A DNA stretch of 64,000 nucleotides from an uncultured Sphaerotilus sp. GTDB taxonomy: Bacteria; Pseudomonadota; Gammaproteobacteria; Burkholderiales; Burkholderiaceae_C. Positions 29,870-40,556 of this stretch are shown in pieces. The stretch spans positions 4,140 through 68,139 of the forward strand of contig CAYYCN010000003.1 in assembly GCA_964470355.1 (NCBI GenBank), in the 5' to 3' direction. Under the pieces are notes generated by a model. The model was not told where the DNA came from and did not search any database. It worked only from the letters and a program-made list of their open reading frames with translations. How positions within the stretch are numbered: the first letter of the stretch is position 1; every line of letters starts with the position of its first letter. The translations under genes were made by a program, and so were the position numbers.

Positions 29870-30586
29870 TCAATAGACCCAGTTTTCTTGTCTGACCGGC
29901 AACTTATTGAGCTGCTTCTGCCGATGGGACCATTGAGGCAGGTACAAGTCCATGAGAGCAGAAAACCGCTCGTTGTGTGTCGGTTCCAGCAGATGCACCA
30001 ACTCGTGGACCACGATGTATTCCAAGCACTCTGGGGGCTTCTTGGCCAGGTCCGTGTTGAGCCGGATGTACCTTGAGGCTTGGGTGCAACTCCCCCACTT
30101 GGTCTTCATGCGCTGCACGAACACTCGCGCTGCCTTCACCCCAAGAACGGGCTCCCACTTGATCAGCAGCGGCACCACAGCGTCTCGAACCTGCTGGCGG
30201 TACCACCCGTCCAACACCTCTTCGCATCGGGCCTGATCGGCGCCGGGGCGCACCTGCAGTTGCAGCTTGCGGGGCGTGACTTGCACAGCAGGGGCCGCCT
30301 CTTCCAAGCTGATCTCCAGCATATAGCGCTTACCCCACAGGTAGTGACTCTCCTTGTTCAGAAACTCCCGGGGCGTTTCGCGTTCCTGCCCCTGCAGCTT
30401 GCGCTGCTGCGAGCGGATCCAGGCCAGCTTCGAGATGACAAACAAGCGGATCGTGTCCAGCGGCATGCTCTGCGGAGCGGCCACACGCACCTTGCCAGCG
30501 GGCGGCAGCACGCTCAGATGCACGTGCTTGATCGCTTTGCGCGTCACTTCGGCATGCAACTCACCGAGATCCAGCATGTCCCGCAT
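29870..30586 (-). CDS. YgjP/DUF45-like metal-dependent hydrolase (M48-like)
   Basis: MKTKWGSC, YIVVHELVHL (HExxH); coupled to hsdR. Confidence 0.9.
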   Translation of the reverse strand: MRDMLDLGELHAEVTRKAIKHVHLSVLPPAGKVRVAAPQSMPLDTIRLFVISKLAWIRSQQRKLQGQERETPREFLNKESHYLWGKRYMLEISLEEAAPAVQVTPRKLQLQVRPGADQARCEEVLDGWYRQQVRDAVVPLLIKWEPVLGVKAARVFVQRMKTKWGSCTQASRYIRLNTDLAKKPPECLEYIVVHELVHLLEPTHNERFSALMDLYLPQWSHRQKQLNKLPVRQENWVY

Positions 30587-33500
30587 CAGTATTCCTTCTG
30601 TGCGAAGACGATGGGAAACAGGCGGTTCACTTCCTTGATGTCCTGGAGCACATCAAACATTGCCTGCTTGACCATCTGCTCTTTGGCCACCACCCCACGC
30701 CAACCATCGGGGCGTCTTGTCTTGATGGCCGTGTCCAAACGCAGGACAACGGCCAGCGCCCGGTCTTGGCTGCCATAGGGGGCGTCAGGCTCCTGTGCGA
30801 CGTCCGTGACGACGCGGTCCTTCAGGTTGTTGTACAGAGCCAGCGGGCCCGGCGTCCGCAACTGCTGGGGCGTGTCCTCGGACTTGCCTGCACTCACCCT
30901 CTTGGCAACGTCAGCGATCCGTGACAGGTAGTCTTCGTATTCGATGGCGCGCTCTTTACGCAAGCGGATGATTTCGTCCAGCAACGATGACATCTTGGCG
31001 AAGTAGGCCGGGTCGGTGAGCTGCTCCTTCAAGATCTTGCTGCGGACGTTGTTCTCGATGGTTTCGGCGATGGACTCCCGGTTGCCCTTCATCTCGCCGA
31101 GCCGCTCCGCAATGGCGTCGGCAATGCCGGTCTTGACGATCAGGTCCAGCAGGCCAATGCCGTCAAACGGCGAAATTTTGCGTGGTGCCTGGGCCTCGAT
31201 GTAGGTGTCGATGAGGTGGCGCATGTCCGCCTCGTAGGGTTTCAGGTCCAGCGTCTCGCCGGCCGCCTTGCGGATGATTTCGCGCAGGTTCAGGTAGTGC
31301 TTCTGCAGGCCCTTGATGCGCTCGATCTGCTCGGGCGTGAGGCCTGCCGCTTCCAGTTCGTCGGCCAGATTGGCATACGAACGCACCAGCGCCACCACGG
31401 CCTTGTAGAGCGCCACACGGTGCGGCTCCCGCACCTTCAGGTCGTCGGCGATCTCGGTGTTGCCGCAGAAGTAGTGGATGTGCTGCAGGTCGCCTTTGGG
31501 CGGCTCCACCGGCTCACAGAGCAAAGCCAGGGCCTCAACCGCATCGTTCAAGCGTTCGCGCCCGGCTTCCAGCCGATCCTTCACCAGGATCTCAGGGTCC
31601 GCTCCGCCTGCACTGTGGTCCAGCTCGGCGGTGTAGACGGCAATGGCCTTCTCCACCTTCTTGAACAGATCCTTGTAGTCGACGATGTAGCCAAAATCCT
31701 TGTCGTCGCCGTCCAGCCGGTTGGTGCGGCAGATGGCCTGAAACAGGCCGTGGTCCTGCATGGACTTGTCGATGTAGAGATAGGTGCACGGTGGAGCGTC
31801 AAAGCCCGTCAGCAGCTTGTCCACCACGATCAGCAGCTTCATCTGGGCAGGAGCCTTGATGAAGCGATCCTTCACGTCCTGCTCGTAGGTCTCGGTCTTG
31901 TTCATGCCCGGCCGGGCAACGACATCCTTCAGCAGGTCGGTGTAGGTGTTGTAGATGAACTGCTTGTCGCTCTCGGTGTTGGCGCCGGTTTCTTCCTTGC
32001 TGACGTCCGAGGCCTGCGGGTTGTACGAGGTCACCACCGCGCAGCGGTTCTTGAACACCGTCTTGCCGAACAGCACAAAGTACTTGCAGGCCTCATAGAT
32101 GCTGGACGCCACCAAGATGGCATTGCCCCGCTCGCTGGACAGGCGCGGCTTGACCGCAAAGTCGAACACGATGTCGGCCACCACCCGGTCCATGCGGGAG
32201 CGCGAGCTGAGCACGTTCTGCATCGTGCCCCACTGCTTCTTCAGCTCGTCCTTCTGCCAGTCGTTCAAGCCCCTGGTCTTGGCCTCAAACCACTGGTCGA
32301 TCTGATCGGTGGAACCCAGTTTCTGGTCGATGTCACGCGCCTCGTACACCAGATCCAGCACCACGCCGTCTTCCACAGCCTCGGCGAACTTGTAGGTGTG
32401 GATGTAGCCGCCAAACACCTCCAGGCTGCTGGCCTTGTCGGCTTTCAGCAAGGGCGTGCCCGTGAAGCCGATGAACACCGCATTGGGCATCATGGCCTTC
32501 ATCACGCGGTGCAGCTTGCCGCTTTGCGTGCGGTGGCACTCGTCCACAAAAACGTAGATCTCGCCCTGGGTGGGGCTGGGTTGTGCCGCCAAGTCACGCA
32601 GAAAGGCCTCGAAGTCGTCCACGTCGCGGCGGCCGAACTTGTGCACCAGCGAACACAGCAGACGCGGGTTGGGCTGCGCCAGTTGCGCCATCAGGTCACG
32701 GCCGCTCTGACTTCGGTGAATGGTCTCCCCAGCGTCCTTGAACACGCGTTCGATCTGCCGGTCCAGCTCATCGCGGTCGGTGACGATCGCCACGCGGGCC
32801 GTGGGCTTGTTCTCCAGGATCCAACGTGCCAGCAGCACCATCAGGATGCTCTTGCCGGCCCCCTGGGTGTGCCAGATGATGCCGCCCCGCCTCTGCTGTA
32901 CATGGGCCTGCGCCGCCTTGATGCCGAAGTACTGGTGCACGCGGGGCAGCTTCTTCACACCACCGTCGAACAGCACAAAGTCGTGCAGCAACTCCAGCAG
33001 GCGCGGCTTGTTGCACAGCTTGGCGAGGTACTTGTCCAGCTTGTAGCCTGCGTTGTCGGCTTCGTCTTCCTTCCAGGTCAGGAAATACTTGTCCTGGGTC
33101 TTGATCGTGCCGTAGCGCAAGCCTTCGGAATCGTTACCGGCCATCACCAACTGCACGGTGCTGAAGAACCAGTCATTGAACTCAGGCTGCTGGTTGGACA
33201 GGCATTGCCGAATGCCCTCCCCCAGGCCCACTCGGCTGCTCTTCAACTCCAGCACACCCACGGCAATGCCGTTGAGATAGAGCACGATGTCCGGTCGGCG
33301 CTCGTGGCCGCCCTTGAGCGTGACCTCCTCGGCAATGGCGAAGTCGTTTTCCTGCGGCTTGTGCCAATTCACCAGGTGCACGGTCTCGCTCACCTGGCCA
33401 GCTTCCACCTTCACCGAGATGCCATAGCGCAGCAACTGGTAGACCGCTCGGTTGGCAGCATAGAGGGAGCGCCCGTGCAGCACGGCCTCAGCACGCAGCT

Positions 33501-33696
33501 TGTGCAACGCGGCACTGATGTGCGCTGGGCTGTAGCCGCTGCGAGCCAGAAAAGCGGCCAACAGGCCCTCTTCGATGCAGTGGTTGCCGGCCCGATCGGA
33601 CCAATCGCCCAGGCAGCGGTAGCCCAGGTCTTCGGTGAACAGACGGATCACTCGCTCTTGTGTGGCGCGTTCCGACTTGTTGAGGCTGTCGCTCAT
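30586..33696 (-). CDS. hsdR: type I restriction endonuclease subunit R
   Basis: RPDIVLYLNGIAVGVLELK, WHTQGAGKS, DECHR, GFTGTP, LLTGFDAP, QAICRTNR. Confidence 0.95.
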   Translation of the reverse strand: MSDSLNKSERATQERVIRLFTEDLGYRCLGDWSDRAGNHCIEEGLLAAFLARSGYSPAHISAALHKLRAEAVLHGRSLYAANRAVYQLLRYGISVKVEAGQVSETVHLVNWHKPQENDFAIAEEVTLKGGHERRPDIVLYLNGIAVGVLELKSSRVGLGEGIRQCLSNQQPEFNDWFFSTVQLVMAGNDSEGLRYGTIKTQDKYFLTWKEDEADNAGYKLDKYLAKLCNKPRLLELLHDFVLFDGGVKKLPRVHQYFGIKAAQAHVQQRRGGIIWHTQGAGKSILMVLLARWILENKPTARVAIVTDRDELDRQIERVFKDAGETIHRSQSGRDLMAQLAQPNPRLLCSLVHKFGRRDVDDFEAFLRDLAAQPSPTQGEIYVFVDECHRTQSGKLHRVMKAMMPNAVFIGFTGTPLLKADKASSLEVFGGYIHTYKFAEAVEDGVVLDLVYEARDIDQKLGSTDQIDQWFEAKTRGLNDWQKDELKKQWGTMQNVLSSRSRMDRVVADIVFDFAVKPRLSSERGNAILVASSIYEACKYFVLFGKTVFKNRCAVVTSYNPQASDVSKEETGANTESDKQFIYNTYTDLLKDVVARPGMNKTETYEQDVKDRFIKAPAQMKLLIVVDKLLTGFDAPPCTYLYIDKSMQDHGLFQAICRTNRLDGDDKDFGYIVDYKDLFKKVEKAIAVYTAELDHSAGGADPEILVKDRLEAGRERLNDAVEALALLCEPVEPPKGDLQHIHYFCGNTEIADDLKVREPHRVALYKAVVALVRSYANLADELEAAGLTPEQIERIKGLQKHYLNLREIIRKAAGETLDLKPYEADMRHLIDTYIEAQAPRKISPFDGIGLLDLIVKTGIADAIAERLGEMKGNRESIAETIENNVRSKILKEQLTDPAYFAKMSSLLDEIIRLRKERAIEYEDYLSRIADVAKRVSAGKSEDTPQQLRTPGPLALYNNLKDRVVTDVAQEPDAPYGSQDRALAVVLRLDTAIKTRRPDGWRGVVAKEQMVKQAMFDVLQDIKEVNRLFPIVFAQKEY

Positions 33697-33739
33697 GCGG
33701 CCCTCCCTGGGCGCTGTCGTGCTGAAGGTTCAGCGGCGG

Positions 33740-34924
33740 TCAATCATCTTCCAGAAGAAGCTGCCCTTGCGGCGGAGCCGGTGGCCAAAGGCCGGCTGCA
33801 GTTCGGGCCTCAAACCAGCGGTGCGTGGCCACATCCTCCAGCGCGTATTCGCCCCGAGCCGACTTCCACACCAGTGCCGGCATGCGCTGGCGCAACGCCT
33901 CCAGCGCCTTCTGGGCCTGCGCGACGCTGACCGGGTGCCCCGCCTTGTCGCGATAGAAGCGCAAGGCTTCAGCGTCGTAGGGGCGGTAGCGCGGCCCCTG
34001 CTCCAGCATGCGCCACAGCACCGCTTGTTCGGTGGGCTTGAGCCCCAGGAAGTCCGATTCCATTTGCGCTTCGTCTTGCGCTTGCTGCTGCTGAGCGGCC
34101 TCCAGCAAGGCGGGTTCAAAGCGTCCGGTCAGGGCCGCCAAGGGGCTCAGCACCTGGCCCAGCGCGGCCATGAAGAACTGCGGCCGAAAGCCAAACATCT
34201 CGAAGGCTTGCTGCAAGGTGCCCTGGTCCACGGGTTTCAGGTCGGGCCGTTGGGCTTCGATCAGGGTCGCCACATGGGCGATGAAGTCGGGGCCCAGTGG
34301 GGGCATGCGCTGCACTTGCGAGCCATAGAAGGGAGCGCCTGCCGTGTTGACCAGGCGCAGCAGCTTGTCACGGTCCGAGCCGGACATCACCAGCATCAGG
34401 TTGACCACGCCGGGCTGGTTGAGCTGGTCGCGGGCCGATTTCAGTGCCGTCATGGCGGCCTCACCCGCCTCGCTGGTGAGGGCATGCTGCGCTTCGTCGA
34501 TGATCAGCGCGACCGGTTTGCCCGCGCTGTCATGCAACAGTCGCAGCGCGTCGGTGAGGGTCAAGCCGTCCACCTTGCCGATCTTGCTGGTGTCGACCTC
34601 CAGGCCGCCCACCTTCACCTTGTCCAATCCGGCCATCTTGGCCGTGCGGGCCACCAAGCCCAGTTGCGGCTGCAGGGCCCTGGCGATGGCCTCGGCAATC
34701 AGCCCGCCGGGATCGCGCCGGGCATCGGCCCACAGGTCCACATACACCACCACCACGCCTGCAGCTTGCAGGGCCGGCCGCAGGTCACCTTGCAGAAAGG
34801 TAGATTTGCCGGTGCGGCGCGGCGCGGCCAGAAACAGGCCGTTGTGGGCGTCGCCCAGCAGCGCCTTGCCGTGCAGGGCAGCCACAAGCTCCTGTGCTAG
34901 TGCGGTGCGGGGAAAGGCGATCAT
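33740..34924 (-). CDS. P-loop ATPase with probable C-terminal winged helix, inserted between hsdS and hsdR
   Basis: APRRTGKST, VYVDLW, LIIDEAQH, MSGS; C-terminal AQKALEALRQR...WKSARGEYALED. Confidence 0.8.
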   Translation of the reverse strand: MIAFPRTALAQELVAALHGKALLGDAHNGLFLAAPRRTGKSTFLQGDLRPALQAAGVVVVYVDLWADARRDPGGLIAEAIARALQPQLGLVARTAKMAGLDKVKVGGLEVDTSKIGKVDGLTLTDALRLLHDSAGKPVALIIDEAQHALTSEAGEAAMTALKSARDQLNQPGVVNLMLVMSGSDRDKLLRLVNTAGAPFYGSQVQRMPPLGPDFIAHVATLIEAQRPDLKPVDQGTLQQAFEMFGFRPQFFMAALGQVLSPLAALTGRFEPALLEAAQQQQAQDEAQMESDFLGLKPTEQAVLWRMLEQGPRYRPYDAEALRFYRDKAGHPVSVAQAQKALEALRQRMPALVWKSARGEYALEDVATHRWFEARTAAGLWPPAPPQGQLLLEDD

Positions 34925-34957
34925 GGCAACTATCCAAAATTATCGGCAAGCCAATAA

Positions 34958-34977
34958 TTTATCTGATTTCAGATAAA
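34958..34977. promoter_or_regulatory. TTTATCTGA-TT-TCAGATAAA operator-like palindrome
   Basis: Perfect 9-bp inverted repeat in the AT-rich spacer directly upstream of the ATPase gene. Confidence 0.55.
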
Positions 34978-34996
34978 AGTCGATAGTGCAGCGCCC

Positions 34997-36310
34997 TCAG
35001 GCCGGTTGGGTGTCTTGTCGCTCCACGAGACGGATACGGCCGGTCAACAGGGCCTGGGCCATGGCTTGCTTGAGGGCCTGGGCTTTGGTGAGGCGGGATT
35101 CGAGGGCGGTGAGGTCCGCGTCCATGTCGGAGAGGACTTGGGTGATCGCCTTCTGCTCTGGCACTGATGGCAAGTTGATCGTGAATTGCTTGAGCCAGCC
35201 AAACTCGATGCTCTCGACAGTCGTCCCGGCTTTCAGGCAGGTCGCGAGGATCCGCTCACCCGAATACGTCAAGGCATGCAGCAGGAATTCAGGCAAAGCA
35301 TCCCCGTTCGGTTGCAGCGCTTTCAGGTCTTGATTGATTGCCATCGCTTTCAGTGTCATGGCAACGGGAAAGTACTTTCGCAGGATGCCGCTTCTCATGA
35401 CCACCACCACCGACTCAGCAGGGACCATTGTTGTTGCCCCGTCACTGACAGCGTGCGTGGAGATCGCCTTTGCCGAGTCGGAGAGTCTGGCGGTTTTGAT
35501 ATCGCCGGACGACAGCCAAGGCACTTCCTGGGGGGACCAATAGTCAGGCCTGGACATAGAGGGGGTCATGCCGCCTGACCATCTACCCAAGGTGCCAAGC
35601 GGAACTTCGCGCCACGTCGCTGCTCCGGGTAAAAGCCGGCGGCCTCCGGTGAGCAGTTCCTGCATGGCGCCTTGCTTGATCTGGCGCTTCTTGGTCAGCA
35701 GTTGCGCTATCGAGTCGATCAGGGCATCGGCGTCGGTGAGGGCTTCAGCGATTACTTGTTCCTCAGCGAGCGTCGGCGGAAAGGGGATAGACACACGGGA
35801 AAGCACGCCCTGATTCATTGAGGCCATAGTCGTTCCCGTGGAGTTCAATAACAGCCACTGACGCACCCTGAAGCTCTGAAACTGCGCTGCGACGTACTCC
35901 GGACAATGACTTCCGGTTGGGCGAACTGCGATCCCATCAGATCCAAGGAACCAGCCAGCTTGGGACTGCCGAACCAACGCAGAGCGCTCGACCGCACCCT
36001 TGCGCCCAAAGACGACATCGCCGGCTTGAAGGAGGTACTGCGGAAGGCGCCGTTGCACGGCGTCGGGGACCAGGGGTGTGTGTTCGGTAATGCGAAAGTG
36101 GCCCTCACGAACTTCGCCAACCGAGATGACAGGCACACCGTCGAGTTCAGAGTATTCGCTCGCTTTCAGCAGGGTGCCGAAAGGCCCAGTCTTCACTGCG
36201 CAGAACTGTCCAATGGTCTGCTCAATCCAGTCGGCAGGCAACTTGCCAGGGTTCTGCGCCCCGAAATAGACTGCTTGGCCTACGCTCTCATCCGAAAGGG
36301 TTAGATCCAC
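34997..36310 (-). CDS. hsdS: type I R-M specificity subunit S
   Basis: Two TRDs with conserved spacers PPTLAEEQVIAEAL...KQGAMQELLTG and PSVPEQKAI...KQAMAQALLTGRIRL. Confidence 0.92.
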   Translation of the reverse strand: MDLTLSDESVGQAVYFGAQNPGKLPADWIEQTIGQFCAVKTGPFGTLLKASEYSELDGVPVISVGEVREGHFRITEHTPLVPDAVQRRLPQYLLQAGDVVFGRKGAVERSALVRQSQAGWFLGSDGIAVRPTGSHCPEYVAAQFQSFRVRQWLLLNSTGTTMASMNQGVLSRVSIPFPPTLAEEQVIAEALTDADALIDSIAQLLTKKRQIKQGAMQELLTGGRRLLPGAATWREVPLGTLGRWSGGMTPSMSRPDYWSPQEVPWLSSGDIKTARLSDSAKAISTHAVSDGATTMVPAESVVVVMRSGILRKYFPVAMTLKAMAINQDLKALQPNGDALPEFLLHALTYSGERILATCLKAGTTVESIEFGWLKQFTINLPSVPEQKAITQVLSDMDADLTALESRLTKAQALKQAMAQALLTGRIRLVERQDTQPA

Positions 36311-38730
36311 GCGAACCCCATCGTCGCCAGATGCCCGGCAACGCGAGCGTCCAAGTCTTTAACCCGCTTCGCCAACTTGGGCATCGTGTGCCCATACCGG
36401 TCGGCCAGTTCCTGTACGCGTCCGGTCAATGCCTGACTCACGCGGTCCAGTTCGCCGTGCACGGCGCCGCTCAGCGTCGTCGTCCACTTGTGGTCGACGA
36501 CCAGGGTCTTCACCTCGTGGGTGGAAAGCTGGGGGTAGCGCGCCAGGGCCTTGGCGTCCAGCTCGGCGTCTAGCATCTTGATGCGCTTCTTCAATGCGCT
36601 CGCCTGCTCAGACATGGCGAGCCATTGCTTCAGCACTTTGAGTTCATCGGTGGCGTCGGCATCGCCGCCAATTTCCTTGATGCGTGACTTCACTTCCTTA
36701 TCGTTGATGTTGTCGAAGCCGCCAAACACCGAGTCGTCGCCGCTGTGCTCTTCTTCCAGGTCGGTCTGCACGGCCAGAGTGCTTTCCAGCTTGGCCGCCA
36801 GTTGGTCCAGCTGCGCTTGCTCGGCGGTGAAGTGATGCTTTATCAGTAAGGCCTTGGGCACCAGGTCGCAGGCCCAACCTTTGTCGACCGTCTTGCCCGG
36901 CTTGCCGTCTTTTCCCTTCTTGGTTTCAAGCACGCGGTAGGTCTGCGCCTTCCAGCCGTCTTCGGCGATCAGGTAGGCGTCATCCTGCATCGTGTTCGCC
37001 CAGTAGTCCATCAGGTGCTGGTAGACGGCATACGGGTCAATCAGCCGCTTGGCCGTGGGTTGATGCTCGTAGTGAGCCAGCAGGCCTTCGGCCAGCGCAT
37101 GGATCAGTTCTTTGGGGTGAAAGCCGGGCGCCAAGGTTTTCAGGCGCAGGGCCACTGGCGTGCGCCAGGCCTCGAAATGGCCGTTCATGACCTGCGTGAA
37201 GGTCTGGAACTCGGGGTGTGCGTAGATGACACCCTTGATGGCAGAGGGTGTGACGGTCAAGTCCAAGTAGCCCGGTCGGCGGGGCTGGAACAGGGCGGCC
37301 TGCAGTTGCGGGCACACGGCCCAGTAGCGGCTCAAGGCTTGCACGTCTGCCGCAGGGATGCCGCCGTTCAGGTGGGCATCGATGTCTTGCTGGTCTTCGG
37401 GTGTGCTGCTGTCGATGTAGCGCGGCAGATTGAGGTTGAAGTCGTTCTTCTCCACCTCGTCCAACCCCACCATGCGGGCGTAGCGCGGGTCGCTACCGTC
37501 CAGCGTGCTGAAGGTGTCCACGATGCGATGCAAATCGCGCTCGCGCAGGCGGTTCTTGGAGCCATCCTTCATGAAGCCTTGGGCGGCGTCGATCATGAAG
37601 ATGCCCTTGCGCGCTGCGGCGCCCGCCTTGTCGATGACGAGGATGCAGGCCGGGATGCCGGTGCCGTAGAACAGGTTGGCCGGCAAGCCGATGACGGCCT
37701 GGATGAGGCCACGCCGCACTAGGCTTTTTCGGATCTCGGCCTCGGCGTTGCCGCGAAACAGTACGCCGTGGGGCAGGATGCACGCGGCCCGGCCGTTGCT
37801 CTTCAGCGACCGGATGATGTGCAGCAAGTAGGCGTAGTCGCCTTGCTTGGTGGGCGGCACACCGAAGCCGTCAAAGCGCTGGAAGGGGTCGTTCTCGGTG
37901 CTGAGCCCGGTGCTCCAACGCTTGTCCGAAAAGGGCGGGTTAGCCACCACGTAGTCGAAGGTTTTGAGCTGGTCAGCATCCAGGAACTTCGGGTCGGCCA
38001 GCGTATTGCCTTGCTCGATCACCGCACCGGGGTTGTGGTGCAGGATCATGTTCATACGCGCCAGACCGCTGGTGGCTTCTTCCTTCTCCTGCCCATACAC
38101 CGTCACCGCCGTCGGGGCAGCTTCAGCCACCTTCAGCAGCAGCGAGCCCGAGCCGCAGGTCGGATCGTAGACGGTGGTGTCGGGGCTGGTTTTGGCCTGG
38201 GCGATGCCCAGCACCTGGGCCATCACCCGGCTCACCTCGGCTGGGGTGTAGAACTGCCCCTTGCTCTTGCCACTCTCGGTGGCGAAGTGGCGCATCAGGT
38301 ACTCGTAGGCATCGCCCAGGATGTCGTCGCCATCAGCGCGGTGCTGCGAGAAGTCCAGGTCTCTGGACTCGAAGATGCCGATCAGGTTGGTGAGCTTCTC
38401 AACCTTCTCCTTGCCGGCTCCCAGCAGCGCCGAATCATCGAAGTCGGCCTTGATGCGCAGGCGGTTGGCCTCTTCCAGCGGACGGACGATCTTCTTGTTG
38501 ATCTGGTCGCCGATGTCAGGCTTGCCCTTGAGCGCGACCATGTCGGCAAAGCTCGCGCCCGCAGGGATCTGGATGGGCGCGAAAGGCTGGCCAGCGTACT
38601 TGTCGCTGATGTACTTGATGAACAGCAGGACCAGCACGTAGTCCTTGTACTGACTGGCGTCCATGCCGCCGCGCAGTTCGTCGCAGGAGGCCCAGAGCTT
38701 GGAATAGAGGTCGGATTTCTTGATGGCCAT
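36301..38730 (-). CDS. hsdM: type I R-M methyltransferase subunit M
   Basis: MAIKKSDLY...GGMDASQYKDY, GQFYTP, YDPTCGSGS, NPPF, LPHGVLFRG. Confidence 0.95.
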   Translation of the reverse strand: MAIKKSDLYSKLWASCDELRGGMDASQYKDYVLVLLFIKYISDKYAGQPFAPIQIPAGASFADMVALKGKPDIGDQINKKIVRPLEEANRLRIKADFDDSALLGAGKEKVEKLTNLIGIFESRDLDFSQHRADGDDILGDAYEYLMRHFATESGKSKGQFYTPAEVSRVMAQVLGIAQAKTSPDTTVYDPTCGSGSLLLKVAEAAPTAVTVYGQEKEEATSGLARMNMILHHNPGAVIEQGNTLADPKFLDADQLKTFDYVVANPPFSDKRWSTGLSTENDPFQRFDGFGVPPTKQGDYAYLLHIIRSLKSNGRAACILPHGVLFRGNAEAEIRKSLVRRGLIQAVIGLPANLFYGTGIPACILVIDKAGAAARKGIFMIDAAQGFMKDGSKNRLRERDLHRIVDTFSTLDGSDPRYARMVGLDEVEKNDFNLNLPRYIDSSTPEDQQDIDAHLNGGIPAADVQALSRYWAVCPQLQAALFQPRRPGYLDLTVTPSAIKGVIYAHPEFQTFTQVMNGHFEAWRTPVALRLKTLAPGFHPKELIHALAEGLLAHYEHQPTAKRLIDPYAVYQHLMDYWANTMQDDAYLIAEDGWKAQTYRVLETKKGKDGKPGKTVDKGWACDLVPKALLIKHHFTAEQAQLDQLAAKLESTLAVQTDLEEEHSGDDSVFGGFDNINDKEVKSRIKEIGGDADATDELKVLKQWLAMSEQASALKKRIKMLDAELDAKALARYPQLSTHEVKTLVVDHKWTTTLSGAVHGELDRVSQALTGRVQELADRYGHTMPKLAKRVKDLDARVAGHLATMGFAWI

Positions 38731-39064
38731 GGAATTCGTTCTGAATCGCCTCGGGTTTCGTGGGACCCGTTGAGTGAGGTCATGGCTCCGCAGTCGCGGC
38801 CTGACCGGCGAGCTGCCGATGGTAGTTCGTACCAGCCTCTGCGGGCTGGACGCAGCCGACGAGCCCCTTCGGGAGCACACGAGCCTCATTCCAGAATTTT
38901 TCAGTCACATATCACCGCTGTGAGCTGAGCCCGGCATACGCCAAACCCTGCTCATTCGCTGCAACCCTCATCACTGACGCCGACCTGGTCCTTGCGATCA
39001 GGTCGGCGTTTTGCCGTCATGTCGGCTTGCCCACATCCATTCATCTATCCAGAGGATTTCTCTC

Positions 39065-39361
39065 ATGACCTTGCTTTGTCCGCTCTGTCACTCCACACAC
39101 GTCGTCCGTCAACGCACGGGTGAGCGTGTCGGCGGCTCCATGGGCTTGATCACTGGCTTTGCCGGTGGTCTTGGCGGCGTTCTGCGCGGCGCCTCTGTCG
39201 GCGCAGCCGCCGGGCCGGTCGGCGCCATCCTCGGCGGCTTGGTCGGCGCGGCCCTGGGCTGCGGCCTTGGCGCCACGGCTGGCGAAGCCGTGGATGAACA
39301 CATCCTAGGCAACTGCGAGTGCGTCGCCTGTGGCCACATCTTCAGCGTGCCCCGCGCCTGA
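39065..39361 (+). CDS. small glycine-zipper protein bracketed by CxxC pairs
   Basis: CPLC...GGLGGVLRGASVGAAAGPVGAILGGLVG...CVAC; GAGG RBS. Confidence 0.7.
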   Translation: MTLLCPLCHSTHVVRQRTGERVGGSMGLITGFAGGLGGVLRGASVGAAAGPVGAILGGLVGAALGCGLGATAGEAVDEHILGNCECVACGHIFSVPRA

Positions 39362-39489
39362 CACGGGGTCCAGCCGTTCTTGTTTCTGCTCTGCCCCCTT
39401 TCCCCCAGTTTTCGTTCCAGCCGTCCACCAGGCCACGTGCCCGGCGAGACGGCTTTGTTCATTCAACGCTTCCTTCGGAGATTGACACC

Positions 39490-40452
39490 ATGGCTCACCT
39501 CGTCGAACAAATGGCCTACGTCGGCCAGACCCCCTGGCACGGCCTGGGTAACCAACTGCCGGCGCAACAGCCCATCGAGGTCTGGGCCGAGCGGGCTGGC
39601 ATGAACTGGACCATCGAAGAAGCACCCGTGCAGTACGTCGTCAGCCAGGTCGGCTCCCTGCGAGAGATCTGCGCCTTCGAGGATCAGAAGGTGCTGTTTC
39701 GCAGCGACAACCACGCCCCCCTTTCGGTCGTGGGCAACCGCTACCACGTCGTGCAGCCCCGCGAGGTGCTGGAGTTTTACCGCGACCTCACGGAGGTCTC
39801 CGGCTTTGAGCTTGAGACGGCGGGCGTGCTCAAGGCTGGAAAGAAGTTCTGGGCGTTGGCCCGCACGGGTCAGGAAAGCGTTCTCAGGGGCACCGACGTG
39901 GTCAAGGGCTACTTGCTGCTGGCCACATCCTGCGACGGCACGCTGGCCACCACGGCCACACCCACCACCGTGCGGGTCGTCTGCAACAACACCCTGACCA
40001 TCGCCCTCAACGGGGCGAGCAGCGCAATCAAGGTGCCCCACAACACCAGCTTCGACGCGCAAGCCATCAAGCGCCAACTCGGCATCGCCGTGAACCAGTG
40101 GGACGGCTTCATGTACCGCATGCGCACGCTGGCCGAGCGCAAGGTCAAGAACCACGAGGCGATGAACTTCTTCCTCAAGGTGCTCTGCCAGACCTCGGAC
40201 GGCGCTTCTGCGAGCCTGACCAACGAACGAGCGCTGAAGAAGGTGCAGGCGCTCTACGACGGCCAGGGCCGGGGTGCCGAACTTGCTGCCGCCAAGGGCA
40301 CCGCCTGGGGCCTACTGAACGCTGTTACCGAGTACGCGGATCACGAACGCCGCGCCCGCAGCCAGGAGTACCGGCTCGACAGCGCCTGGTTCGGCCAGGG
40401 AGCCAACCTCAAGCACCGCGCCTTGGAGCAGGCGTTGCAGTTGGCGGCATGA
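39490..40452 (+). CDS. DUF932 / phage-plasmid-like protein (TIGR03299 type)
   Basis: MAHLVEQMAYVGQTPWHGLG, LETAG, SCDGT, VRVVCNNTL, GTAWGLLNAVTEY. Confidence 0.88.
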   Translation: MAHLVEQMAYVGQTPWHGLGNQLPAQQPIEVWAERAGMNWTIEEAPVQYVVSQVGSLREICAFEDQKVLFRSDNHAPLSVVGNRYHVVQPREVLEFYRDLTEVSGFELETAGVLKAGKKFWALARTGQESVLRGTDVVKGYLLLATSCDGTLATTATPTTVRVVCNNTLTIALNGASSAIKVPHNTSFDAQAIKRQLGIAVNQWDGFMYRMRTLAERKVKNHEAMNFFLKVLCQTSDGASASLTNERALKKVQALYDGQGRGAELAAAKGTAWGLLNAVTEYADHERRARSQEYRLDSAWFGQGANLKHRALEQALQLAA

Positions 40453-40556
40453 CCCCGACCATCGACCCAGCGCCCTCCCCTCCACAAGCCCCGACCCGTC
40501 ATTGATGGACCGGGGCTTTTTGCTGTCCACCCTTCATCCTCAGCGGAGATTCATTC

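Noticed and set aside
31216-33930. 904-aa + strand ORF
   Set aside because: Antisense shadow of hsdR
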